From assembly GCA_963933835.1 (NCBI GenBank), contig CAWVVV010000002.1, positions 224,001 to 288,000 of the forward strand: 64,000 nt of DNA. The letters are read 5' to 3'. Below the pieces are notes generated by a model, which did no database searches, had not been told where the DNA came from, and saw only the letters and a program-made list of their open reading frames with translations. Below, one piece after another: positions 1 through 10,220 of this stretch (within the stretch, counting starts at the first letter, position 1; every line of letters starts with the position of its first letter). Origin of the DNA: an uncultured Puniceicoccaceae bacterium. GTDB lineage: Bacteria; Verrucomicrobiota; Verrucomicrobiia; Opitutales; Oceanipulchritudinaceae. The translations under genes and the position numbers were made by a program.

Positions 1-283
1 ATCAAGACGCGCTTGAGGCGAGGGAGGTTAAAGTGGCCACTGATCACCATGATCTTGGTGTCTGGCAGGTCTTGCTTAACGCGCTGAACAATTTCGACGC
101 CATTGAGGCCTGGAAGTTGTAAGTCGGAGATCAGAATGTCTGGCTTTTTTCAAGCGCTTCTTTGAGCCCCTGCGTGCCGTCGTCACTGACGCCTATAATC
201 TCGAGTTCGTTGTCTGAGTTGATCAGATCTGAAAGCAGATCTCTTAGGAGGATTTCGTCCTCAATGATATATACTGTTTGCAT
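1..283 (-). pseudogene. NarL/FixJ-type response regulator receiver domain; frameshifted at a T6 run (145-150) and running off the window edge
   Basis: Manual translation gives MQTVYIIEDEILLRDLL...EALEK, then a stop. Adding one A restores KPDILISDLQLPGLNGVEIVQRVKQDLPDTKIMVISG, a typical receiver domain. Confidence 0.75.
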
Positions 284-495
284 GTGCGTTCCTGGGATCG
301 AATTTCACCTACTTCAGCGTAGAAGGCCTATATGGAATCCTGTATAGGATTCTATCGGCTAAAGAAGGTAAACTTTTAGGGCAATTGGTAGCGATATCTC
401 TCAGACAACGCTTTAGATGTATAAAATATATACCTGTTTGCAAGTAGGGAACGCTACTTACAGGTGATATTTTTACATTTGAGACCCAGCCCTAT

Positions 496-912
496 CTACC
501 GCCGAGAGTCCGAGATGATTTTTTGGATCACCGCGAAACGGGCCTTTGTCTCAAGCTCTTCAAGCACGGCGGGATCTTGCCCACTCGCCTTGGCTTCTTC
601 GAGGGCTTCTTCAGCGCGAGCCCGTGCGTCATCTAAAGCACTCGCGTCGATCTCATCGACCTCGATAGCTGCTTCAGTCAATACTTTGATCGTATCCTTC
701 GCGACTTCGATGAAGCCCCGAGCAATCGCAATCGACTCTTTATTGTTCCCCTTGAAGTACTTCAGCTCCCCGGGCTCGATCATCGCCATCAACGGCACGT
801 GGCCGGGAAGGATATCGAGCTCGCCGCCCGCTTCGGTTGGAAGCGAGACGTGGTCTACCGTCTCATCAAGGACGAGGCGTTCGGGGGTGACGATTTCGAG
901 TCTGAGCGACAT
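496..912 (-). CDS. atpC: ATP synthase F1 epsilon subunit
   Basis: LEIVTPER, GELDILPGHVPL motifs; last gene of the atp operon. Confidence 0.97.
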   Translation of the reverse strand: MSLRLEIVTPERLVLDETVDHVSLPTEAGGELDILPGHVPLMAMIEPGELKYFKGNNKESIAIARGFIEVAKDTIKVLTEAAIEVDEIDASALDDARARAEEALEEAKASGQDPAVLEELETKARFAVIQKIISDSRR

Positions 913-937
913 GGGAGGTTCCTAAATTAAATCGAGG

Positions 938-2389
<1,452 letters not shown>

Positions 2390-3259
2390 CTAAATGCTCG
2401 CGGCAGCGGTGATCTCGAGGATCTCCTGCGTGATACCTGCCTGACGGGCTTTATTGTATTGGAGAGTGAGATCGTCGGTTAAGCTCTTCGCATTGTCGGT
2501 CGCAGACTTCATCGCAACCATCCGCGCACTGTGTTCAGAGGCGCGGGAGTCCAGAAGAAGCTGGTAGATTTCACGGCGAAGAAAGAGATCGAAGAGTTGT
2601 GGAAGGATTTCCGCGGCAGTGGGCTCAAAAATAAACTCGCGGTCATCCTGGACGAGCTCGGTGCCTTCTTCAGCAAGCAGCTTTTGCAGCGCCGCTTGGA
2701 AGTTTTCCAAGGGGAGGAAAGGAACCACTTCAGGCTCTTGAATAAGGGTGTTTTTGAATCGTGGGTAGAGGACCTCGATGGTGTCGATCGTGCCCGCCTT
2801 AAAGTCTTCGATCATCGCTTCCATGACGGGGCGAAACTCCTTGAAAGGGGCTTTTTCCGAAATCTGGAAATCAGCTTTGAGCGAACGTCCGCTGCGAGAG
2901 AGGAACTGGCGGCCTTTTTTCCCGATCGTGTAGAAGTGGGTGCTGTCTTTATCAAGCGCAGCGGCTTCACGGAAGAGGTTGGCGTTGAGCGAACCACAGA
3001 GTCCACGGTCCGTCGAAATGAAGAGGATGCCACGCGTCTTCACTTCACGCTCTTCAAGGAAGGGGTGAGGAATCTCAGGCAAGTGCTCGCTCAGAACACC
3101 CAGAAGACGGGAGAGGAGCTGCGCATAAGGACGCCCTTCGACGGCGCGGTCCTGCGCCTTCTTCATCTTCGAAGCAGCCACAAGTTGCATCGCCCGAGTG
3201 ATCTTGGCGGTGTTCTTGACCGACTTGATGCGGTTGCGGATGTCGCGAGTGTTCGGCAT
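2390..3259 (-). CDS. atpG: ATP synthase F1 gamma subunit
   Basis: KITRAMQLVAASK, RGLCGSLN, RQAGITQEILE. Confidence 0.99.
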   Translation of the reverse strand: MPNTRDIRNRIKSVKNTAKITRAMQLVAASKMKKAQDRAVEGRPYAQLLSRLLGVLSEHLPEIPHPFLEEREVKTRGILFISTDRGLCGSLNANLFREAAALDKDSTHFYTIGKKGRQFLSRSGRSLKADFQISEKAPFKEFRPVMEAMIEDFKAGTIDTIEVLYPRFKNTLIQEPEVVPFLPLENFQAALQKLLAEEGTELVQDDREFIFEPTAAEILPQLFDLFLRREIYQLLLDSRASEHSARMVAMKSATDNAKSLTDDLTLQYNKARQAGITQEILEITAAASI

Positions 3260-3296
3260 GAGAGGCTAGCGCGTCGTTAAAAAGGAGACAGGGTTC

Positions 3297-4844
3297 TTAG
3301 GCGGATTTCCAAGTGCTCTTCCAGGCGCCAACGGCATCCTTGAGCTTAGCTTGGTTATCGTCGTCGAGTTTCTTCTTCGAGAGGATGTCGCCGAGGATGG
3401 CTTCCTTGCCGGACTCGAGGAATTCCTTGAGTGAGTTGGCTGCCTTAACGATGTCATCGACTTCAATGTCGTCGAAGAACTTGTTCTGCAGGGCCCAGAG
3501 AAGGGCCACTTGAGATTCGATACGCAGAGGAGCGTTCGCTGGTTGCTTGAAGAGCTCAACGGTGCGGGCACCACGCTCGAGCTGACTCTTGGTCTTCGCG
3601 TCGAGGTCGGAACCGAACTGAGCGAAGGCGGCGAGCTCACGGTAAGCAGCGAGTTCGAGCTTCACCTTACCAGCCACTTGCTTGGTCGCCTTGATCTGCG
3701 CAGCAGAACCGACTCGGCTAACCGAGAGACCCACACTGACCGCTGGGCGAACACCTTGGTTAAAGAGGTCGGTTTCGAGGAAGATCTGTCCGTCGGTGAT
3801 CGAGATCACGTTCGTCGGGATGTAAGCGGATACGTCACCAGCTTGCGTTTCGATGATCGGAAGCGCTGTGAGGGAACCATTGCCATTCTTCTCGTTGAGA
3901 CGCGCGGAGCGCTCGAGGAGGCGGCTGTGGAGGTAGAAAACATCGCCCGGATACGCTTCGCGGCCCGCTGGGCGTTTGAGAACGAGGGAAATCTGACGGT
4001 AAGCAGCAGCGTGCTTGGAAAGGTCATCATAAACGATGAGCGCGTCCATGCCATTGGCCATGAACCACTCACCCATTGCGCAACCAGAGAAAGGAGCGAT
4101 GTAGAGGTTAGCCGCGTTTTCCGCAGCCGCCGCACACACTACAATAGTGTATTCGAGTGCACCGGCGGCTTCGAGTGTCGCGATCGTGCGGGCGATGGTT
4201 GAATTCTTCTGACCAACCGCAACGTAGACCGAGTAAACCGGGCGGAAGCCTTCTTCAAATCTGCCGTCTGCTTGGCGATGCTGGTTGTTGATCTTCGCTT
4301 GGTTGATGATCGTATCGATCGCGATGGTCGTCTTACCGGTTTGGCGGTCACCAATGATGAGCTCACGTTGACCACGGCCAATTGGAATCATCGAGTCGAT
4401 CGACATGATACCGGTCGAGAGAGGCTGATCAACCGACTTACGTGGGATGATGCCGGGAGCGATCTTTTCGACTGGGTAGTTCTCAGAAGCATTGAGCGGA
4501 CCCTTGCCATCAACAGGATTACCGAGCGCGTCAACAACGCGACCGAGCAACTCGCGACCGACAGGAACAGAGAGGAGGCGACCGGTGCACTTGGCTTCGT
4601 CACCTTCCTTAAGGTCAGCTACATCACCGAGCGCGACGACACCGACTTCATCTTCTTCGAGGTTAAGCGCGATGCCCATGACGCCGCCAGGGAACTCGAC
4701 CATCTCATTATACATGACCTCGGAAAGTCCTTCGACTTTAGCTACACCGTCGGCAATCGCGACGATATTTCCGGTGTTGGTCTTGGTGACGCCAGTGCTA
4801 AGGCCGGCGATCTCTTGTTCGATCTGATCTAGGAGGGAGCTCAT
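3297..4844 (-). CDS. atpA: ATP synthase F1 alpha subunit
   Basis: [27 protein letters not shown]. Confidence 0.99.
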   Translation of the reverse strand: MSSLLDQIEQEIAGLSTGVTKTNTGNIVAIADGVAKVEGLSEVMYNEMVEFPGGVMGIALNLEEDEVGVVALGDVADLKEGDEAKCTGRLLSVPVGRELLGRVVDALGNPVDGKGPLNASENYPVEKIAPGIIPRKSVDQPLSTGIMSIDSMIPIGRGQRELIIGDRQTGKTTIAIDTIINQAKINNQHRQADGRFEEGFRPVYSVYVAVGQKNSTIARTIATLEAAGALEYTIVVCAAAAENAANLYIAPFSGCAMGEWFMANGMDALIVYDDLSKHAAAYRQISLVLKRPAGREAYPGDVFYLHSRLLERSARLNEKNGNGSLTALPIIETQAGDVSAYIPTNVISITDGQIFLETDLFNQGVRPAVSVGLSVSRVGSAAQIKATKQVAGKVKLELAAYRELAAFAQFGSDLDAKTKSQLERGARTVELFKQPANAPLRIESQVALLWALQNKFFDDIEVDDIVKAANSLKEFLESGKEAILGDILSKKKLDDDNQAKLKDAVGAWKSTWKSA

Positions 4845-4870
4845 CGATTAAATGGAAAATTAATTAGGGA

Positions 4871-5269
4871 CTACAAAGTGGAGGTGGAAAGGCGGGCCAA
4901 GCGGCCCGCGACAGAAGCATCAAAAACATTGTCGCCGAGGGTCACCCGCACACCACCGAGGATGCTCGGCTCTTCGCGGGTTTCAACGGTGAGGCCTTCG
5001 ACTTTCGAAGCAAACTCAGCCTTAACAGCATCGATGTCTTTGGGAAGGATCGGACCAGCGTGCTCGATAAGGAGATGGCGAGCGCGTTGTTCACGCTCGA
5101 GGCAAATGAGGAAGTGCTTGATGAAGCGGCGGCGCGCGGAAAGCGCGCGAGAGCCAATCAGCTTTTCGAGGGCAGGCAGAACTTCGCCTTTAACAGCGTC
5201 GCCCTTGCTCGAGACCAATTGCGCGATGCGCTTGGCGAGCTTCTTGTCCTTGTAGTTGAGGTCGGCCAT
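4871..5269 (-). CDS. atpH: ATP synthase delta subunit (short, 132 aa)
   Basis: C-terminal EPSILGGVRVTLGDNVFDASVAGRL; position between atpF and atpA. Confidence 0.9.
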   Translation of the reverse strand: MADLNYKDKKLAKRIAQLVSSKGDAVKGEVLPALEKLIGSRALSARRRFIKHFLICLEREQRARHLLIEHAGPILPKDIDAVKAEFASKVEGLTVETREEPSILGGVRVTLGDNVFDASVAGRLARLSTSTL

Positions 5270-5281
5270 TTCCGGAAATTC

Positions 5282-5836
5282 TTAGTTGGCGCTCATCTCA
5301 CGCGCAGCGGCGGAGTTGAGGCGGGTCTTTTCTTCGTCCGAGAGTTCTTTCTTAAGGACTTTACCAGAAGTAAGAACAACGAGACGGGCGATGTCGGCGC
5401 GGGCTTCGTTAAGAACCTTTTCGCGCTCGAGCTCAATCGACTCTTCCGCACGGCGACGCTTGTCGGCGAGGTCGAGGTCGAGTTGCTCTTTTTGCTTCAC
5501 TGCAACCTCTTCAGCCTGTGTGCGGGCTTCAGTCACAATCGCTTGAGCAGAGATGTTCGCCTCTTGGAGCTTAGTGGCCTTTTCTTGCTCAGCACTCTCG
5601 AGCTGCTGCTTTGCCTTCTCGGCATCGGCCAGACCTTGGGAGATCTTCTCTTCGCGCTCAGCCATCGTCGCCATCACTGGCTTGAAGGCAAACTTCCAGA
5701 GGAGGAAGGCGACGAGGAGGAAGTTGATTCCTTGGGCGATGATGATCTTCGCATCGAGGCCAAAGGTGCCAACGAGCCCGCCAGAATCATGGCCAGCTTC
5801 GGCAGCAGCGATGAAGAGTGGTAGTTCTTGAAGCAT
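5282..5836 (-). CDS. atpF: ATP synthase Fo b subunit
   Basis: QGINFLLVAFLLWKFAFKPV TM segment followed by coiled coil; start taken at MLQELP. Confidence 0.95.
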   Translation of the reverse strand: MLQELPLFIAAAEAGHDSGGLVGTFGLDAKIIIAQGINFLLVAFLLWKFAFKPVMATMAEREEKISQGLADAEKAKQQLESAEQEKATKLQEANISAQAIVTEARTQAEEVAVKQKEQLDLDLADKRRRAEESIELEREKVLNEARADIARLVVLTSGKVLKKELSDEEKTRLNSAAAREMSAN

Positions 5837-5855
5837 GTCGTCGTCGTTGAGGAGT

Positions 5856-5894
5856 AAAGAAAACAACCGCAGCCGCCTAAAACTAGGCGGCTAC
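5856..5894 (-). terminator. Intercistronic stem-loop with U-rich tail between atpE and atpF
   Basis: AGCCGCCTA (5871-5879), 4-nt loop, TAGGCGGCT (5884-5892); followed on the minus strand by GCGGTTGTTTTCTTT. Confidence 0.6.
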
Positions 5895-5908
5895 GATCAA
5901 AGATATAC

Positions 5909-6121
5909 TTAGAGGAAGAGGGCGTAGAACGCGACCGCCTCAGCCAAAGCCATCCCGAGGATGGATTGAACGAGGATCGCACCTGAAGCGCCTGGGTTAC
6001 GGCCGACAGCTTCAACAGCTTTCATGCCTGTGAGGCCTACGCCGATAGCTGCGCCAAAACAACCGATTGCTCCTTGAAGTTCGCCTGCTTCGAATGCTGC
6101 GAGTGTGATGATGATGTCCAT
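5909..6121 (-). CDS. atpE: ATP synthase Fo c subunit
   Basis: GxGxG helix, GRNPG loop, conserved Glu in LAEAVAFY. Confidence 0.97.
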   Translation of the reverse strand: MDIIITLAAFEAGELQGAIGCFGAAIGVGLTGMKAVEAVGRNPGASGAILVQSILGMALAEAVAFYALFL

Positions 6122-6218
6122 TTTGTATGTTTCCTATTTAGTGATTTAACGGTGAACTTGATCGTCTAGCACTCAGTGAGGATTGGTTACCTCTGGCACT
6201 AGTCCCAATCATGAAAGT

Positions 6219-7061
6219 CTAATGATGCTCTTCCCCGTGGTTACAGATGAGCCCGATGTAAACCGCCGTCAGTAGAGTAAAGACGAGCGCCTGAACAAGG
6301 CCGATGAGGGTTTCTAAAAAGTAAAACGGAACCGGCACGATGTAGGGAACGATGCCAGTCATGTTTGTCAGGAGGTTTTCACCACCGAAAACATTACCGA
6401 AGAGTCGAAAAGAGAGGGAGACGGGGCGGAAGATGATCGAGATCACTTCAATGAATCCGACGCCAATGAAGACTGGTATAAGAAGAAGCCAAATCGGAGT
6501 GCCGACGTCTTTGCGGTTAGCCTTATTTCCAAAGAGATCGATAATCAGCGTTTTGAAACCCGCGTATCGCAGAACGAAATAGAGCCATGCGAACACTCCT
6601 GAAATGAGAGCGATCGCAATCGTCATGTTGAGATCCGCATTCGCAGGGCGCCACCAATAAATCAGATGGCCGTGGTCATCGTAGAGGCCAAAAGCTCCGA
6701 CGCCTGGAAGCAATCCGCTCCAGTTATGCATAAGGATGAAGAAAAAGATCCCCACAAGGAGTGGGAAGGTCGGTCCAAACATCTTCTTACCAACGATCGG
6801 CTCCATGATCCCACGCACGCCTTCGATAGCGCTCTCGATCACGGCCTGGCCCTTGCTTGGCACGAGGGTTGGTTTTCCAACCATCAGGCGGATTCCGACG
6901 ATCACCGCTACCGAAATGATCCATCCCATCACCATCGAATTGGTGATCGGGAGAGGTCCGATTTGGGTGAGCTCGTACGGTGCCGTCGAGACTGCCGACG
7001 CCTCTGAGGCGATCAGGCTTATGGCTCCAAGAAAAGTGCGTGTTTTCAAGCTTCGTGTCAT
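6219..7061 (-). CDS. atpB: ATP synthase Fo a subunit
   Basis: [32 protein letters not shown]. Confidence 0.98.
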   Translation of the reverse strand: MTRSLKTRTFLGAISLIASEASAVSTAPYELTQIGPLPITNSMVMGWIISVAVIVGIRLMVGKPTLVPSKGQAVIESAIEGVRGIMEPIVGKKMFGPTFPLLVGIFFFILMHNWSGLLPGVGAFGLYDDHGHLIYWWRPANADLNMTIAIALISGVFAWLYFVLRYAGFKTLIIDLFGNKANRKDVGTPIWLLLIPVFIGVGFIEVISIIFRPVSLSFRLFGNVFGGENLLTNMTGIVPYIVPVPFYFLETLIGLVQALVFTLLTAVYIGLICNHGEEHH

Positions 7062-7229
7062 GAGTTCCGACTAAGGACTCCACCAAAAAAAGAACTGCTT
7101 GGATTGAAGTGGCACCTAGGTAACGTCAATCCCCTATTTATAAAAGTCCGCGTGAAATCTTCTTATAAGAATTATTAGGCTGACTGATAGACAATTTTCG
7201 GCATACCTAATCAGCTCAGAAGCAATTCC

Positions 7230-7427
7230 ATGCCGACACCCAAAGACATCACGAACGACCTCTCGCGTCTTCACCGCAAACCCCTCCCGCGTGCCCCCAT
7301 AAAAGCGCAGGAACCTGCCTTCCCTGGGATGCGAAAGATGGCCTTTGATCCCATCCTTTGGCTTACCCTTGCGCTCCTTGCTGGAACCCTCATTAGCCAG
7401 CTGATCCTGCCCTTTTGGCGCTGGTGA
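7230..7427 (+). CDS. Small protein with a C-terminal membrane helix
   Basis: 65-aa ATG ORF filling the intergenic gap, with a hydrophobic C-terminal helix. Confidence 0.5.
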   Translation: MPTPKDITNDLSRLHRKPLPRAPIKAQEPAFPGMRKMAFDPILWLTLALLAGTLISQLILPFWRW

Positions 7428-7431
7428 TCAA

Positions 7432-8052
7432 TCAGGCCCGATGAGCAACGAGCGACTGCCACTCTTCCATAAACTCCTGGAAGTAGCTTGTCGATTCCCA
7501 CGGCCAAGGCGCGTCAACTTCGATCTGCCAATCTGGATGCTCTGAAATGTGCTCGCTCGTCCAGCTGAAATAGTCGGGGTGATCGGTGCGAAAGTGAAAA
7601 GGGGCATCGAGGGGCATTCGGGCCGCAAGTTGAGATAGAAACGCAGGCTGAATCATGCGGTTCTTAAAATGCCTTTTTTTCGGCCAAGGATCCGGAAAAA
7701 GCATAAAGGCCTGCGATATCGGGATGTCATCGGGCCAGACCGAGAGCAGCTCAGCAGCCTCGGCTTTAATGAAGTGGAGGTTATTTAAGCCACGCCGGTC
7801 GCGCTTCCCATTGCCCTTCCTCACCCGCGCCGAAATCAAATCAACGCCCAGGCAAAAAACATCTGTAAACGCCTCGGCATAACTTGTCAGCCAATGCCCA
7901 TGCCCGCAGCCAAACTCAAGGACCAGCGGCCTTCCACCGATAGGCAGCCCTTCGACCTCCTTTCGGATTGATTCCGCTCGCGCCAATTGGGCCGCCAAGA
8001 CCTTGGGCGGGACTCCCCCACCCTTGCTTTCAGATTCACTCATGCCGCCCAT
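7432..8052 (-). CDS. trmB: tRNA (guanine-N7)-methyltransferase
   Basis: LEFGCGHG, FPDPWPKKRH, FRTD motifs; start uncertain (8052 or 8043). Confidence 0.93.
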   Translation of the reverse strand: MGGMSESESKGGGVPPKVLAAQLARAESIRKEVEGLPIGGRPLVLEFGCGHGHWLTSYAEAFTDVFCLGVDLISARVRKGNGKRDRRGLNNLHFIKAEAAELLSVWPDDIPISQAFMLFPDPWPKKRHFKNRMIQPAFLSQLAARMPLDAPFHFRTDHPDYFSWTSEHISEHPDWQIEVDAPWPWESTSYFQEFMEEWQSLVAHRA

Positions 8053-8053
8053 A

Positions 8054-9397
8054 TCAGGAGACCTGATCTGATTCCACCGCTCTCGAAGAGCGCTCATCTC
8101 TAACAAAATTCATCAGCGCCTTTTCTGTCAAAGGGCCGGGAAACGGAAGCTTAAAACCGATCACTGTTTCACCGCCGGGCAAACTCGAGGCCGTCGCCTC
8201 ACCTCCATGCTGCTGGATGATGTGTTTGACGATGCTCAACCCTAAGCCCGTTCCACCCGAGTCACGTGAGCGCCCTTTGTCGGCTCGATAAAAGCGCTCG
8301 AACACATGGGGCAAGTCCCGCTCCGGAATGCCCGCTCCATCATCTAAAACAGCGCAGGTGACCCCTCCCTCCTCGATTCGCGTGCTCACCTCGATTCGGG
8401 TAAAGCCCTTCGCGTGACGGACAACGTTCTCCATCAGATTTTCGAGCACCTGCGAAATCCTCAGAGGATCGATCATCAGAACATCATTCCCTTCAGCAAA
8501 GTTGAAGACGAACTGCGTGTCCCCCTCCAAGCGGATGCGAAAATTCTCAGCCACCTCACGCACGACCTTCGTAAGTGAATACATCTCCATCTGGAGGGCG
8601 TTCGGGTTATTCTCAAGACGCGTCAAGAGAAGCAGCTCCTCAAGCATCGCATTCAACCGGCTGACGCTGTTCTGGATTTTCGTCAAAAAGTGGCGACGCT
8701 CTTCCGCACCCAATTCTTCATTATCTTCGATCAGGGCATCCGCAAAACCCTTAATGATCGTCACGGGCGTGCGCAGTTCATGAGAGAGATTTGCAACGAA
8801 CTCGGTCCGCACCTCTTCAAGCCGCTTCTGCTCCGAGATATCGTGCAGGATCACGAGCGTCATTGCGCTGCCTTCGGCCCCGCTCTGCAGCGACGTGCCT
8901 GTAATTTCAAGCCAACGAGTCATCGTACCCAAGGTTACCTCTATGGTATAGAAATCTGATGCATCACCTGTTTGAATCGCCCTCACATAATCAAAGAATT
9001 CACTACTTTTAATAATAGACTCCAAACGTTTTCCTGCTACAGGCTCAGAACCAAGGTTCAACAAACTCCTGAAGGCGTCGTTTGCCATTAGAAGCCTATT
9101 GTCTGTATCCACAATGAAGACAGCCTCTCTCAAGCGACCAAGCGTTGCATTGATCTGATCAACTGAGCTCCTCACTGATTCTCCCTGCTTCGCTAATTCC
9201 CGAAGTAAATTGTTTGTATTATCTTTTAACTGTTCAAATGAGCAACTACTTCCAATGCCACTCGCGCGCTGCAGAAGAAGCGGGCTGCGATTCTCGACCG
9301 CACCCTTCAAGAGTCTAATACGTTTTCGCAGGACGTATAGTTGTATTCCTAATACAACTAAAATCGCGATTAACGTGATAATTATCCAAGTCGACAT
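8054..9397 (-). CDS. PhoR-like sensor histidine kinase (TM, PAS, HisKA, HATPase)
   Basis: RTEFVANLSHELRTPVT, FERFYRADKGRSRDSGGTGLGLSIVKH. Confidence 0.92.
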   Translation of the reverse strand: MSTWIIITLIAILVVLGIQLYVLRKRIRLLKGAVENRSPLLLQRASGIGSSCSFEQLKDNTNNLLRELAKQGESVRSSVDQINATLGRLREAVFIVDTDNRLLMANDAFRSLLNLGSEPVAGKRLESIIKSSEFFDYVRAIQTGDASDFYTIEVTLGTMTRWLEITGTSLQSGAEGSAMTLVILHDISEQKRLEEVRTEFVANLSHELRTPVTIIKGFADALIEDNEELGAEERRHFLTKIQNSVSRLNAMLEELLLLTRLENNPNALQMEMYSLTKVVREVAENFRIRLEGDTQFVFNFAEGNDVLMIDPLRISQVLENLMENVVRHAKGFTRIEVSTRIEEGGVTCAVLDDGAGIPERDLPHVFERFYRADKGRSRDSGGTGLGLSIVKHIIQQHGGEATASSLPGGETVIGFKLPFPGPLTEKALMNFVRDERSSRAVESDQVS

Positions 9398-9421
9398 AAT
9401 GCTTCCACACGAGATCCGTAG

Positions 9422-10132
9422 CTACTCAACAATACGGTAGCCAACGCCTCGGACCGTCTCGATCATATTAGATTGAGAACCTAGTTTTTCGCGGAGGCGT
9501 CGCACGTGTGTATCGATCGTTCGAGTTTCTGTATCGGTGTCATAATTCCAGACATTTACAAGAAGGGTTTCCCGCGTTAGCACCCCACCCTTCCGCTCCA
9601 TGAGGAGTTTTAGCAGCTTGAATTCTGTCGCAGTCAAATCGAGTGGTTGCCCTCCAGCCGTAACAGCATGCATCTCATCATCAAGGGTCACGTCGCGGAT
9701 ATGAAGCGTCTTGCCCGAAGAGCCCTGATCCACGCCCAGGTGGCGAAAGATAAGTCCGATTCTAAGGATGAGCTCCTTCGTATCGAAGGGCTTACAGATG
9801 TAATCATCTGCACCCAGTTCTAGGCCAGCAATGCGGTCTTCGGCTTCGCCGCGCGCCGTAAGAAAAACAACCGGAACGTGCTTCAACTTCTTATCCGCTC
9901 GAATCATGCGACACGCCATCAACCCGTCCAGCTCAGGCATCATGATATCGAGCAGGATCAAATCGGGCATGAAGTCGCGAGCCAACCCCATGAACTCTAG
10001 GGGCTGATTCGTCATCGATACCTCATAGCCCTCCTTCTTCAACCGATAGCTCAAGAGCTCGGTAACGTCAGGCTCATCATCAACGACGAGGATACGTTTC
10101 GTCCCAACATTGGTTGCAGGTGCAGAGTCCAT
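9422..10132 (-). CDS. PhoB/OmpR-family response regulator
   Basis: ILVVDDE, DLILLDIMMP, GADDYICKPF, RTIDTHVRRLREKL, ETVRGVGY. Confidence 0.95.
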   Translation of the reverse strand: MDSAPATNVGTKRILVVDDEPDVTELLSYRLKKEGYEVSMTNQPLEFMGLARDFMPDLILLDIMMPELDGLMACRMIRADKKLKHVPVVFLTARGEAEDRIAGLELGADDYICKPFDTKELILRIGLIFRHLGVDQGSSGKTLHIRDVTLDDEMHAVTAGGQPLDLTATEFKLLKLLMERKGGVLTRETLLVNVWNYDTDTETRTIDTHVRRLREKLGSQSNMIETVRGVGYRIVE

Positions 10133-10180
10133 TATCCCATGAATACATAGTTTAGGGCGGGGCTCAGGCAACCGAAATAT

Positions 10181-10213
10181 CCGATACAACCCTGATACAG
10201 AGCCGAAACTTAG
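10181..10213 (-). promoter_or_regulatory. Three 11-bp-phased direct repeats, candidate pho-box-like autoregulatory site
   Basis: CCGATAC at 10181, CTGATAC at 10192, CCGAAAC at 10203; about 50 bp upstream of the response regulator. Confidence 0.5.
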
Positions 10214-10220
10214 ACCTTAC

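Noticed and set aside
140..155. Programmed -1 frameshift at an A-AAA-AAG-like site in the response regulator
   Set aside because: The run is not in the X-XXY-YYZ phase relative to the upstream frame, and other indels in the window indicate sequencing error
5909..6121. Possible Na+-coupled ATP synthase
   Set aside because: The c subunit has E-A-V rather than the E-S/T and upstream Gln Na+ signature, so H+ coupling is more likely
6166..6192. CTAGCACTC resembling a CIRCE half-site between atpB and atpE
   Set aside because: The second arm GAGTGCTAA is absent at 9-bp spacing and the context is not heat shock
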